Source of the DNA: Bacilli bacterium
GTDB taxonomy: Bacteria > Bacillota_I > Bacilli_A > ML615J-28 > CAG-313
Assembly: GCA_045119035.1 (NCBI GenBank)
Contig: JBGVCU010000042.1
Location: 3,984 to 67,983, forward strand
Length of the DNA: 64,000 nt
Direction: 5' to 3'
This document shows, piece by piece, positions 28,887 to 38,608 of this stretch. The position numbers and the translations under genes are program-made. The notes below the pieces were generated by a model that saw only the letters and a program-made list of their open reading frames with translations, made no database searches and had not been told where the DNA came from. How positions within the stretch are numbered: the stretch's first letter is position 1; each line of letters opens with the position of its first letter.

Positions 28887-28962
28887 TGGCGGTTCTGACG
28901 GGACTTGAACCCGCGGTCTCCAGTGTGACAGACTGGCATGTTAACCACTACACCACAGAACC
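28887..28962 (-). tRNA. tRNA-Asp(GTC)
   Basis: GGTTCTGTGGTGTAGTGGTTAACATGCCAGTCTGTCACACTGG...GGTTCAAGTCCCGTCAGAACCGCCA. Confidence 0.97.
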
Positions 28963-28969
28963 ACACAAT

Positions 28970-29052
28970 TGGTGCGGGTGACAGGAATCGAACCTGCACT
29001 CCGAAGAACTAGATCCTAAGTCTAGCGCGTCTGCCAGTTTCGCCACACCCGC
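28970..29052 (-). tRNA. tRNA-Leu(TAG)
   Basis: GCGGGTGTGGCGAAACTGGCAGACGCGCTAGACTTAGGATCTAG, long variable arm, GGTTCGATTCCTGTCACCCGCACCA. Confidence 0.97.
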
Positions 29053-29078
29053 ATGTGTACATTATCAAATGCTTGTAT

Positions 29079-29107
29079 ATTATATCATCTTTATATATAA
29101 TTTGCAA
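29079..29107 (-). promoter_or_regulatory. sigmaA promoter for tRNA-Leu/Asp/Arg
   Basis: TTGCAA-17-TATAAT with extended TG. Confidence 0.8.
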
Positions 29108-29178
29108 GTAAAATGATTTTATTTTTCTTTTTACTTTACATATATTTCATTTTATAATATAATTAATTTGGTGATAAT

Positions 29179-29421
29179 ATGAAAGTTATAAATAATAATG
29201 TCGTTTTAAAAAAAGTAAAAAATGAAACAACTATTAGTGGTATTATAATGAATAACACTATTGAAAACATTGGTGAAGTTTGTTTTTATGATGAGGCTTT
29301 AACTAATATCAAAGAAGGAAATATTGTAGCATATAATCCTAATAAAGTTTTCAATTTAAAATATAAAAGTAATGAATATATGATTTGTAATATTAATGAC
29401 ATTTTATGTATTTTAGAATAA
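29179..29421 (+). CDS. Divergent GroES/Cpn10-like protein, with no adjacent groEL
   Basis: MKVINNNVVLK...E.TISGII...GEV...G..V.Y......Y.I....DILCILE follows the Cpn10 pattern. Confidence 0.7.
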   Translation: MKVINNNVVLKKVKNETTISGIIMNNTIENIGEVCFYDEALTNIKEGNIVAYNPNKVFNLKYKSNEYMICNINDILCILE

Positions 29422-29499
29422 TTTGAAATCAATCTAATAGTTATATGAAGTTTATGTGAAGGGTATTGACTTATATTTAATCCTTTGATATAATTTTAA

Positions 29500-29599
29500 C
29501 ATCAGGAAGATATTCCTAGAAATTATTTTTTTCAATTCCCTTATTTCCTTTCAATATTATATTGAAAAAAGGCAACCTTTAATGGTTGTCTCTTTTTTT
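29500..29599 (+). ncRNA. Candidate small RNA of about 100 nt
   Basis: TTGACT-17-TATAAT (29466-29494, extended TG); 5' hairpin AGGAA-GATA-TTCCT; CU-rich tract; terminator AGGCAACC/GGTTGTCT + T7; no ATG; pepF has its own promoter. Confidence 0.55.
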
Positions 29600-29671
29600 A
29601 ATGTATTAATTGCTTTTTTTAATAATTTTTGATAAAATAAAGATAGTTTTATAAAAAGGGAGGAAAATATT

Positions 29672-31435
29672 ATGAAATGGAATTTAACAACATTATTCAA
29701 AACTGATGAAGATTTCAAAATTGCATTTGATGAAGTTAGTTCATATATTCCAAAATTAGCATCATTTAAAGGTAAACTTCATGAAGAAAAAGAATTTGTT
29801 GAATATTTATTACTAAACGATGAACTTGAAGTTTTAGGAGGTAGAGTTTATCAATATTGTTCTTTAAGAAGTGACTTAAACAAAAAGAATGTTGAAAATC
29901 TTGCTGAACTTTCTAAAGTATATAGTTTATTTATGCAACTAGGTACAGCAACTTCTTTTGATAGTCCTGAAATGTTATCTATTGGTAAAGAAACAATTAT
30001 GGGATTTATTGATCGTCATCCAGAAATTGAATCACATCGTTTTGGAATGGAAAAATTATTCAGAAATCAAGATCATGTTTTAGATAATGCAAGTGAAAAG
30101 TTATTATCTTATTTCTCAAGCTCATCAAGAGTAGGTTCAAGTTTATATTCTGCACTTGCTAATGGAGATAGAGATAGCGTTGATGTTAAATTAAAAGATA
30201 AGAGCGTTATTAAAGTTAATACAGCTAACTTTACAATGTATTTAGAAACTTTAAAAGAACCAAGTGATCGTAAAAAAGTATTTGAAGCAGTTTATAAACA
30301 TTTTAATGATCATAAAAATACATTTGCAGGGATTTATGAAGCCGTATTAAATAGTGGTAAAGCATATTCTAAAGCAAGAAATTATGATTCAATTTTAGAA
30401 AGTCATTTATATGGAAATAATATTCCAACAAGTGTTTATCATAATTTAGTTAACGTTGCTTCTAAACATAATAAATCACTTAAAAAGTATTTAAAATTAA
30501 GAAAAAAATATTTAGGTTTAAAACAATATCATACATATGATAGATTCTTAAATTTAGCTTCAAGTGATGCTTCTTATACATATGATGAAGCAAGAGAAAT
30601 TTTCTTCAAATCTATTTCACACTTACCAGAAGATTTTGTTGAATACGCACATGAAGCAATTAAAGATGGTTATGTAGATGTATATCCTCAAGATGGAAAA
30701 CGTACAGGTGCTTATTCTTCTGGTGTAACTGATACTCATCCATTTATTTTACTTAACTATACAAATGGACTTGATGATGTATTTACTTTAGCTCATGAAG
30801 CTGGACACTCTATTCATACATTATATGCTATGAATAACCAAGAAGGAATTAATCAAAATTATACAATCTTTGTTGCTGAAATTGCATCAACATTCAACGA
30901 ACATAATTTACTTGATTATTTTATTAAATCAGGAGATGCTTCAAAAGAAGTTAAAATTCAATTAATTCAAAAAGCAATCGATTCAATTATTGGTACTTTC
31001 TACCGTCAAACATTATTTGCTCACTATGAACTACTTGCTCATGAGGCAGTTGAAAAAGACCAACCAATTAACTATCAAGTATTATCTAATATCATGATTG
31101 ATTTATACAAACAATATTACGGATTAGATATTACTAAAGAAGGATATAAAGAATATGTATGGGCATATATTCCACACTTATTTAATAGTCCATTCTATGT
31201 TTATCAATATGCTACATCTTTTGCAGCAAGCTTCAAGTTATATCAAGATGTAAAAAACAATGTGCCTGGTGCATTTGATCGTTATACTGGACTTCTAAAA
31301 TCTGGTGGATCTAAATATCCAATTGAACAAGCTAAAGAAGCTGGTGTTGACTTTACTAAAAAAGAAACATTTATGGCTGTTATTAATAGAATGGATGAAT
31401 TAGTTTCTGAACTTGAAAAATTATTAGAAGAATAA
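29672..31435 (+). CDS. pepF: Oligoendopeptidase F (M3B)
   Basis: GKRTGAYS, TLAHEAGHS, FVAEIASTFNE, IPHL and FYVYQYA motifs. Confidence 0.96.
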   Translation: MKWNLTTLFKTDEDFKIAFDEVSSYIPKLASFKGKLHEEKEFVEYLLLNDELEVLGGRVYQYCSLRSDLNKKNVENLAELSKVYSLFMQLGTATSFDSPEMLSIGKETIMGFIDRHPEIESHRFGMEKLFRNQDHVLDNASEKLLSYFSSSSRVGSSLYSALANGDRDSVDVKLKDKSVIKVNTANFTMYLETLKEPSDRKKVFEAVYKHFNDHKNTFAGIYEAVLNSGKAYSKARNYDSILESHLYGNNIPTSVYHNLVNVASKHNKSLKKYLKLRKKYLGLKQYHTYDRFLNLASSDASYTYDEAREIFFKSISHLPEDFVEYAHEAIKDGYVDVYPQDGKRTGAYSSGVTDTHPFILLNYTNGLDDVFTLAHEAGHSIHTLYAMNNQEGINQNYTIFVAEIASTFNEHNLLDYFIKSGDASKEVKIQLIQKAIDSIIGTFYRQTLFAHYELLAHEAVEKDQPINYQVLSNIMIDLYKQYYGLDITKEGYKEYVWAYIPHLFNSPFYVYQYATSFAASFKLYQDVKNNVPGAFDRYTGLLKSGGSKYPIEQAKEAGVDFTKKETFMAVINRMDELVSELEKLLEE

Positions 31436-31476
31436 AAAATAAAGGCTCTATTTATTAGAGCCTTTTTCATATCAAT

Positions 31477-32130
31477 TTATATTTTAAGCTTTTTTAAGCT
31501 TGTTGTATTTGCAACAATAACTAATTTCATATTCTCATTAAGTATTTTATTTGGATCAATAGTTGTTTCTAATGAACCATTTTCTTTTATTGCAATGATA
31601 TTAAATGAATATTTTTTTCTTAAATTTAATTCTAGTAAAGATTTTCCGATCCACTCTTTTTTACAATCAAGTTCAATAATTGATACTTCTTCTGTTAATT
31701 CAATTGCATCTATAAAACCTGATGATAAAAGGTTTTTCGCAAGTCTAATTCCTGATTCTTTTTCAGGGAAAATTACTTTATCAGCACCAACTTTTGTAAG
31801 AATCTTATAATGCATTTCGCTAGAACATTTTGCAATAACATTTTTAACACCCAATTCTTTACATAACATTACAGTCATTACACTTGATTCAATATTTTCA
31901 GCCATTGCAACAATAACAGTATCTACATCTTGAATTCCTAGTTGTTTTAATACATCGATATTAGTTGTATTCCCACATTTACAAAAAGCAAGTTCTGTTG
32001 CAGCATTATTAACAATATTTTCATCAAAATCAATAGATATAACCTCTGCTCCAGATCTTTCTAATTCTTTTGCTACAGATAATCCATAGCGACCTAAACC
32101 AAATACAGCATATGTTTTTTTAATACTCAT
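31477..32130 (-). CDS. ktrA: Ktr/Trk K+ uptake RCK subunit
   Basis: FGLGRYG, GAD.VIFPEKESG and RCK_C domain. Confidence 0.92.
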   Translation of the reverse strand: MSIKKTYAVFGLGRYGLSVAKELERSGAEVISIDFDENIVNNAATELAFCKCGNTTNIDVLKQLGIQDVDTVIVAMAENIESSVMTVMLCKELGVKNVIAKCSSEMHYKILTKVGADKVIFPEKESGIRLAKNLLSSGFIDAIELTEEVSIIELDCKKEWIGKSLLELNLRKKYSFNIIAIKENGSLETTIDPNKILNENMKLVIVANTTSLKKLKI

Positions 32131-32139
32131 AATAATCTC

Positions 32140-33492
32140 CTATCCTATACTTACATCTTCTGTTGGATTTTTTATTAAATTTGAAGTACTCTTCTTTGAC
32201 TTAAAAGCAATTGCAAGAGTAATCGGACCAACTCTACCTAAATACATTGTAAAAATTATTATTATTTTACTAGCTAAATTAAGGGAAGAAGTTAAATTTC
32301 TAGACAACCCAACTGTTGCAGTTGCGCTTACTGTTTCATATAAAATATCAACAATTGATCTATTGCATGTATAAGTTAATAAAATTGTTGAAATCAACAT
32401 TATAATAAATGACATACAAGTAACAGCAACAGCTTTTCTTGTAATATCATTAGACAGAGTACGATTAAATAATACAACTTCTTTCTTATTGCGAATAGAA
32501 GCAATAGTTATAGCAAGTAAGGAAACAATTGTAATTGTTTTTATTCCTCCTGCAGTACCAACTGGAGAACCACCAATAAACATAAGAATTAAACAAATTA
32601 ATGTCGATGAATTCGTTAAATTTTCTTGTGGAATAGAAGCAAATCCAGCTGTTCGTGTTGTGATTGATTGGAATAATGATATTTGAATTTTATCAAACAA
32701 CGAATATGTTGAAATCGTATTAATATTATTGTATTCAAATAGTAAAATTAAAGATGCACCACCAAATATTAAAACAAATGTTGCAGATAAAACAATTTTA
32801 CTATGTAATGTTAAATTTTTAAAACACTTGAAATGTTTAGTTTTAAATTCTTTTAAAACACCCAATACATCCCACCATACAGTAAAACCTAACCCACCTA
32901 AAATAATCAAAATACTAGTTATTAGATTTACTAAAATATTTGTTGAATAGTTATATAAACTATTATCACCAATTATATCCATTCCAGCATTACAAAAAGC
33001 AGAAACAGAATTAAATATTGAAATCCAAATACCCTTTACACCAAATTCAGGAACAAATACAAACATATAGAACACTGCACCAATTAATTCAATTATAAAT
33101 GTACCAATAAATACATTATTAATGAATTTTCTAAGACCAGCTAATGTATTCAAATTAAAGGCATCTTGAATTAATAAATTATTTTTTAATCTAAGCTTTT
33201 TATTTATTATAATCAAAAATGCTGACATTACTGCAATTACTCCAACGCCACCAATTTGTATCAGTATTAATATAACTAATTGTCCAAAAAAACTCCAAGT
33301 AGAATAAGTTGGCACTGTTACAAGGCCAGTAACACATGTAGAAGTTGTTGCTGTAAATAAAGCATCAATATATGATACAGGCAGACCATCTTTATGACTA
33401 AATGGTAAAGTAAGCAATAAACTTCCTACAAAAATAACTAATAAAAAACTCATTAATATTACTTGAGTGGTAGTAATCTTTTTAGTTTTCAT
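32140..33492 (-). CDS. ktrB: Ktr/Trk K+ uptake membrane subunit
   Basis: TCVTGL, FCNAG, TRTAGF and ATVGLS selectivity loops; GGSPVGTAGGIK; start set at ATG 33492. Confidence 0.94.
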   Translation of the reverse strand: MKTKKITTTQVILMSFLLVIFVGSLLLTLPFSHKDGLPVSYIDALFTATTSTCVTGLVTVPTYSTWSFFGQLVILILIQIGGVGVIAVMSAFLIIINKKLRLKNNLLIQDAFNLNTLAGLRKFINNVFIGTFIIELIGAVFYMFVFVPEFGVKGIWISIFNSVSAFCNAGMDIIGDNSLYNYSTNILVNLITSILIILGGLGFTVWWDVLGVLKEFKTKHFKCFKNLTLHSKIVLSATFVLIFGGASLILLFEYNNINTISTYSLFDKIQISLFQSITTRTAGFASIPQENLTNSSTLICLILMFIGGSPVGTAGGIKTITIVSLLAITIASIRNKKEVVLFNRTLSNDITRKAVAVTCMSFIIMLISTILLTYTCNRSIVDILYETVSATATVGLSRNLTSSLNLASKIIIIFTMYLGRVGPITLAIAFKSKKSTSNLIKNPTEDVSIG

Positions 33493-33716
33493 AATGACTC
33501 CTATTAATTTGACAGACTCCACCTTAAAATTATTCTTATTATAACATACTATATATATTTATTCAAATGTATAGATAATAGCTAAATTATTTTTTAAAAT
33601 GATTTAAAAAATAAGTTCTATTTATTATAACCTTTTTCTATATTATATAATATATTTTAATTAGTTGTAAAGTAAATAAAAAAACCACTTTAAAAGTGGT
33701 TATTTTAATAGCTTAA

Positions 33717-34274
33717 TTATGCTCTTGATGAATATTTACCATCAGTTGTATTAACGATAACTTTTTCACCTTGTTCAATAAACATAGGAACTTTGATAAC
33801 AAATCCAGTTTCTAATGTTGCTTCTTTTAAAGCATTTGTTGCAGTGTTTCCAGCAACAGCAGGAGCACTTTCAGTTACTTCTAATACTACTTTTTCAGGT
33901 AAGTTAATACCGATAATTTCATCACCATAGAATACAATTTCAATTTCCATATTTTCAATTAAGAAATTTGATTCCCATTTTAATCTTTCTGTAGGTACTT
34001 CAACTTGTTCCCAAGATTCAGTATCCATGAATACATAAGCATCACCAGTGTTATAAGAATAAGACATCTTTCTTTTTTCTAAGATAGCTTGTTCCATTTT
34101 TTCACCAGCACTGAATGTATAGTTAATGTTATTTCCAGTACGGCAATCTTTTAAAGTTGTACGAACAAACGCACTTCCTTTACCTGGTTTAACGTGTTGG
34201 AAATCTAAAATTTGATAAATATGGTTGTTATATAAAATTGTAAGTCCTGTTTTAAAATCAGCTGTTGAAATCAT
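33717..34274 (-). CDS. efp: Elongation factor P
   Basis: HVKPGKGSAFVRT; ETGFVIKVPMFI. Confidence 0.97.
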   Translation of the reverse strand: MISTADFKTGLTILYNNHIYQILDFQHVKPGKGSAFVRTTLKDCRTGNNINYTFSAGEKMEQAILEKRKMSYSYNTGDAYVFMDTESWEQVEVPTERLKWESNFLIENMEIEIVFYGDEIIGINLPEKVVLEVTESAPAVAGNTATNALKEATLETGFVIKVPMFIEQGEKVIVNTTDGKYSSRA

Positions 34275-34383
34275 TAATAGCTTCCTCCTAAAATTTTATC
34301 GTACATATTATACCATAATTTATGATATATTTCAAATTAATTGAAAATATATTTATTTTTGATATAATTTATATGGTGATATT

Positions 34384-35259
34384 ATGAAAGAAAAAAATAT
34401 TATTGTTCTTAAAAACCAAGGTTTTTGTTTTGGAGTTAAAAGTGCAATAGATTTATTAGAAGAAAATATTAATAAATTACCTAAACCAATTTACTTATTA
34501 GGTAATATTGTCCATAACAAATTTGTAAAAAAACATTTTGAAGATTTAGGTGTTATAGTTCTTGAAAATGATACAAGAATTAATATGTTAAATAACATTA
34601 ATTCAGGAAGTGTTGTTATTACTGCTCATGGAGTAAGTAGTAGTATCTATAGATTATTAGAAGAAAAAAAGATCCCTTATCTTGATACGACATGTCCATT
34701 TGTTAAAAAATCTAGTGAACTTATTTTAGAATATATTAATAATGGATATGATGTAGTATATATTGGTAAGAAAAATCATCCTGAAACAGAAGGTATAATA
34801 TCTGAAAGTAATCATATTCATTTAATTGAAAATATTAATGATTTAGATTTATTACATATAAATAATAGTAAAATAGCATTAAGTAATCAAACTACTATGT
34901 CAATATATGATATTGAAGAAATAGTCAATAAGATTAAAGAAATTTATCCAAATATTGTTGTTTTAAAAACAATTTGTAATACAACTAAAAATAGACAAAA
35001 AGAATTATCTGAAACTTTAAATAATTTAAACGGCGATAATACATTAGTTTTTGTTATTGGAGATCCTACTAGTAATAATACTAAAATGTTGGAAAAACGT
35101 GCCAATGGCTTTAAAAATGCCCTAGTTTTTAAAATTGAAGATGAAAGTATGTTAGATGCTAATTTGGTTAAAAAATATTCAAATATTGTAATTACTTCTG
35201 GAGCATCAACTCCAAGCTATATAGTTGATAAAGTTATTGATAAAATAAATAATATATAA
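34384..35259 (+). CDS. ispH: 4-hydroxy-3-methylbut-2-enyl diphosphate reductase
   Basis: GFCFGV, HN, TAHG, DTTCPFV, HPE, NQTT, ICNTT..RQ, SNN and SGASTP motifs. Confidence 0.95.
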   Translation: MKEKNIIVLKNQGFCFGVKSAIDLLEENINKLPKPIYLLGNIVHNKFVKKHFEDLGVIVLENDTRINMLNNINSGSVVITAHGVSSSIYRLLEEKKIPYLDTTCPFVKKSSELILEYINNGYDVVYIGKKNHPETEGIISESNHIHLIENINDLDLLHINNSKIALSNQTTMSIYDIEEIVNKIKEIYPNIVVLKTICNTTKNRQKELSETLNNLNGDNTLVFVIGDPTSNNTKMLEKRANGFKNALVFKIEDESMLDANLVKKYSNIVITSGASTPSYIVDKVIDKINNI

Positions 35260-35285
35260 GAAAAAGGCCATTTTAAAATGGCCTT

Positions 35286-36410
35286 TTATTTCATTGTAAT
35301 TGAATTAAAGGAACTCATAAACTCTGACATATATTTGTCATTTACTAAAGTAAAAGCAACTATATAAATTAGATCTTCTTTAATAATATAAGCTTGAATT
35401 TGTGTCATTTTCACACCTTCTAATGTACCAGAAACTTTTACTTTAATTGCTTTATAGCCATCTATCCTTGTTTGTTCATATGTTTCAATTGTAAAACTAT
35501 CTCCAAATAGATCTTTATAATTTTGTTCTAAGTATTCTTTTGTTATATCTTCTTCAGAATAACCAGAAGTTAAGTATATAACTATATTATCTCCTTCAAT
35601 AGGATAATTTGGACTAACCGCTAATATAATAGAAGAATCTTGTTCCAAGATGAATCCTTTTGGAATGTCTATTGTTAAATCATAATACTTAATTTGTCCT
35701 GCTTGAGGAATACTTTCAATTGTTGTTGATTCATAGTCTGATAAATTAAGTTCAATTTTACCTTCAAATCTTTCTTCCTCATTAACAACATTTCTAATTC
35801 TTTGTTTATATTCACAATTTATTTTTGTTAATTTACGACTAGAATTAATTTTAAAAACAACATTTTTCATCGTAACATAACAATACTGATTTCCTTCACT
35901 AGTTTCGATTAAAAATTGTAAGTTAATTTCTTCATCTGAAGAATATTCATTATTAGCTCTATCATATTTAAATAAATTATAATTATCTAAAAATTTGCTA
36001 AATAATAAGCTGAAAAATTCTTTTTGAATATACGCAGCTTCTGAATTTAATATTTGTTCATCTGTAGAGACTGACCCTGTAGAGACTAACCTTTGTGTAA
36101 TTACTACAGAAACATTATCATCAGTTATTTTATATAAAGTTTCTTGAGTGTAAGGCTGCTCAACTGGAATAAATTTTGGATAATAAATAACTTTCAATGT
36201 ATAGTTATCATAATTGCTCTTATCAGAAATTTCCTTCCATTCATCATATGAAATAGGTTTAGCATATGGATCTGATGTTCTTTGTGGCACTCCACAAAGC
36301 GCACAAACATATCCTGTACCATCTGTAGATTCAACCCATTCATGTTGACATAACAAATTACATGAAGTTAAGGTAAAAAGTACTAAAAGAATAAAAAATA
36401 TTTTTTTCAT
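35286..36410 (-). CDS. Lipoprotein: Cys mini-domain + domain A + PsbP/DcrB-like domain B
   Basis: LTSC lipobox; CQHEW...YVCALCG; N-half similar to 37889-38596, C-half similar to 36460-36972 and 37252-37797. Confidence 0.75.
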   Translation of the reverse strand: MKKIFFILLVLFTLTSCNLLCQHEWVESTDGTGYVCALCGVPQRTSDPYAKPISYDEWKEISDKSNYDNYTLKVIYYPKFIPVEQPYTQETLYKITDDNVSVVITQRLVSTGSVSTDEQILNSEAAYIQKEFFSLLFSKFLDNYNLFKYDRANNEYSSDEEINLQFLIETSEGNQYCYVTMKNVVFKINSSRKLTKINCEYKQRIRNVVNEEERFEGKIELNLSDYESTTIESIPQAGQIKYYDLTIDIPKGFILEQDSSIILAVSPNYPIEGDNIVIYLTSGYSEEDITKEYLEQNYKDLFGDSFTIETYEQTRIDGYKAIKVKVSGTLEGVKMTQIQAYIIKEDLIYIVAFTLVNDKYMSEFMSSFNSITMK

Positions 36411-36459
36411 AAAATTCCTCCTTTTGTTATATTTTAATTATAAATATATACTACTCTTT

Positions 36460-36972
36460 TTAAAATATACCTATCTTTAAAGAATTCATTACTTCCTCAA
36501 AAACATCATGATACTCACTATTTTCTGTAAAAGTAAATGTTACACTATATGTACCAGTAATATGGAAAATTAAAATTTGAGTTTGATCAATATCTTGGGG
36601 ACCACGACTTATTGAGTAGGTTAATTTAATAGCATTAACGCCATCTACTTTTATTTCTTCATATGTAGAAAACCTACTAAATCCGGGGATATTATATCTA
36701 TATAATTTCGCTAGATCACTTTCATTATATAAATGCATACGACTTGCTTTATCTTTAACAAAAGTAATATTATCTCTTACAGAAGGATAATCTTCACTAA
36801 CAGCAATATCAACACCTTCAGTTTCTGTTACAACAAAATTTTCAGGAATTTTTACTCTTAAAGCTCCTATTTTGTAACGACCTATTCCAAATATAGAATA
36901 AAGATTTGAAAGTACTATTATCCATAAACAAATTGTAACTATAGTTATAATAATTTTCGTTCTTTTTCGCAT
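36460..36972 (-). CDS. Membrane-anchored PsbP/DcrB-like protein (domain B)
   Basis: N-terminal TM; KIPENF...AVSEDYP..RDNI...VDGVNAIK...TQ....TYSVTFT...FEEVMNSL. Confidence 0.65.
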   Translation of the reverse strand: MRKRTKIIITIVTICLWIIVLSNLYSIFGIGRYKIGALRVKIPENFVVTETEGVDIAVSEDYPSVRDNITFVKDKASRMHLYNESDLAKLYRYNIPGFSRFSTYEEIKVDGVNAIKLTYSISRGPQDIDQTQILIFHITGTYSVTFTFTENSEYHDVFEEVMNSLKIGIF

Positions 36973-36996
36973 ATCTTATCTATCCTTTTATATTAT

Positions 36997-37135
36997 TTAT
37001 TCTGTAAAAACATTTGAACTATTTACAGAAGTTGTTGCATATGAGTGTAAATTAAACATTGTATAACCACTAATTATACTACTAGATTCACCATCAAAAA
37101 AAGTTCACAAACATATGTTAAATCATTTCTTATCC
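36997..37135 (-). pseudogene. Remnant of a domain A C-terminus
   Basis: DGESSSIISGYTMFNLHSYATTSVNSSNVFTE* resembles IECYAVFNLFDYGTTVANTQVDVE*; frame broken at a T7 run; no 5' part. Confidence 0.5.
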
Positions 37136-37251
37136 ACCTATAAATAAATTCATCATTAATAGCGTCACATGAAGTAATTAAAGTAATAAATACCTTATAT
37201 TAATAAAAACTATTTTAAAAATAAATACTTCTCAAATATTATATAAATATT

Positions 37252-37797
37252 TTATTTTACTTTAATTGTATTTATTATCTCTTTAAACAAATAATATCCA
37301 CTTTCTGTATATGAATAAAATGATAAAACATATGTAGCATTATCATGAAAAATAAAAACTTGAATGATTTTAATATACCAGTCTTTTCTATCATATCTAG
37401 TTTGCACCTTAAGAGCTGAAGTATTATTGATAGTGTATCTTTCAAATTTCTCTATTGTAAAATCTTCATCTATTTGTGGATCATATTGTTTTATAAAATA
37501 TTGCTCATTATAATAATCATCATTTGATTTAACAGTTGTTTCAAAAGTAATGTGTTCTTGTACAAAAGGAAACTTTTTACTCATAGCAACTCTTATGTTT
37601 GATCCAGTTAGAACCTCAAATTCTTTAAATTTATCAAGTTTACGAATAACTTTATATCCATCAGGTAAATCTATTATTACCTTATCATATTTATATTTTC
37701 CAAAATATTTAAAAGTACATGATGAAAGTGTTAATAATAAAAATATAAATAATAGTAATGATGTTAATTTTTTTACTGAATTTAACACATTAATCAT
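37252..37797 (-). CDS. Lipoprotein, PsbP/DcrB-like (domain B)
   Basis: LSSC lipobox; DLPDGY...AMS..FP...EHI...INNTSALK...IQ.F...TYVLSF. Confidence 0.65.
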   Translation of the reverse strand: MINVLNSVKKLTSLLLFIFLLLTLSSCTFKYFGKYKYDKVIIDLPDGYKVIRKLDKFKEFEVLTGSNIRVAMSKKFPFVQEHITFETTVKSNDDYYNEQYFIKQYDPQIDEDFTIEKFERYTINNTSALKVQTRYDRKDWYIKIIQVFIFHDNATYVLSFYSYTESGYYLFKEIINTIKVK

Positions 37798-37888
37798 CTC
37801 CTCAAATATATTATATCATATAAATATTTTATATACAAGAGAATATATAAAAATACATCAGTAATTTTACTGATGTATTTTATTTTTA

Positions 37889-38596
37889 TTATTCAACATC
37901 TACTTGTGTATTAGCTACAGTAGTTCCGTAATCAAACAAATTAAACACTGCATAGCATTCTATAGTTACTTCACCTTGTCCAGGAACGTTAGTAATTTGA
38001 ACATAATTTCCTTCAATAGAAGCTAGCATTTTATTAGCATCAACTTTAATAACTGTATTTTTAAAGATACAAGTAAGCGATGCTTGATGAAGATTCATTG
38101 TAATATCAACTGTAATATCTTCACTACAAGTATAAACTTTTTCTGATTCAACATAAGTAAATTTATCCGCATAACCTAATAGACCAATAAATAATTCTTT
38201 ATATAATTCTCTTTGTTCATTAGATTCTTCTATAGTAAAAGCTACATCATCCAAAACAACTTGTCCACTATATCTTGCTGTTAAAGATACATAAGTATCA
38301 GTGATTTTATATTTATTATATTGTTGTTCTACTCCACCTTTTTCAAGATAGCTAGAATATTCTACTGTATAATTTTTATAATATTCTTCATTTTGAAGAG
38401 ACTGCCAATTTACAATAGATAAACCAGGTTCATTTATATTTTCTTTTTTCTCATCTCCACATTTATCACATGTATAGATAATTGCATCATCTGTAGAATC
38501 TGTTTGTTTCCAATTATGTTCACAATCTGATTCATCGTTACATGAAACAAGTGTTAGCGAAAATAACATCATAATAACTAGTAATAATTTTTTCAT
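37889..38596 (-). CDS. Lipoprotein: Cys mini-domain + domain A
   Basis: LVSC lipobox; CEHNW...YTCDKCG; YKITD and KN.V.K blocks shared with 35286-36410. Confidence 0.7.
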   Translation of the reverse strand: MKKLLLVIMMLFSLTLVSCNDESDCEHNWKQTDSTDDAIIYTCDKCGDEKKENINEPGLSIVNWQSLQNEEYYKNYTVEYSSYLEKGGVEQQYNKYKITDTYVSLTARYSGQVVLDDVAFTIEESNEQRELYKELFIGLLGYADKFTYVESEKVYTCSEDITVDITMNLHQASLTCIFKNTVIKVDANKMLASIEGNYVQITNVPGQGEVTIECYAVFNLFDYGTTVANTQVDVE

Positions 38597-38608
38597 AAAT
38601 ACTTCCTT

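Noticed and set aside
29053-29178. CIRCE/HrcA operator upstream of the groES-like gene
   Set aside because: The TTAGCACTC-N9-GAGTGCTAA motif is not present.
33493-33716. c-di-AMP (ydaO) riboswitch upstream of ktrB
   Set aside because: The region is AT-rich with none of the conserved ydaO motifs.
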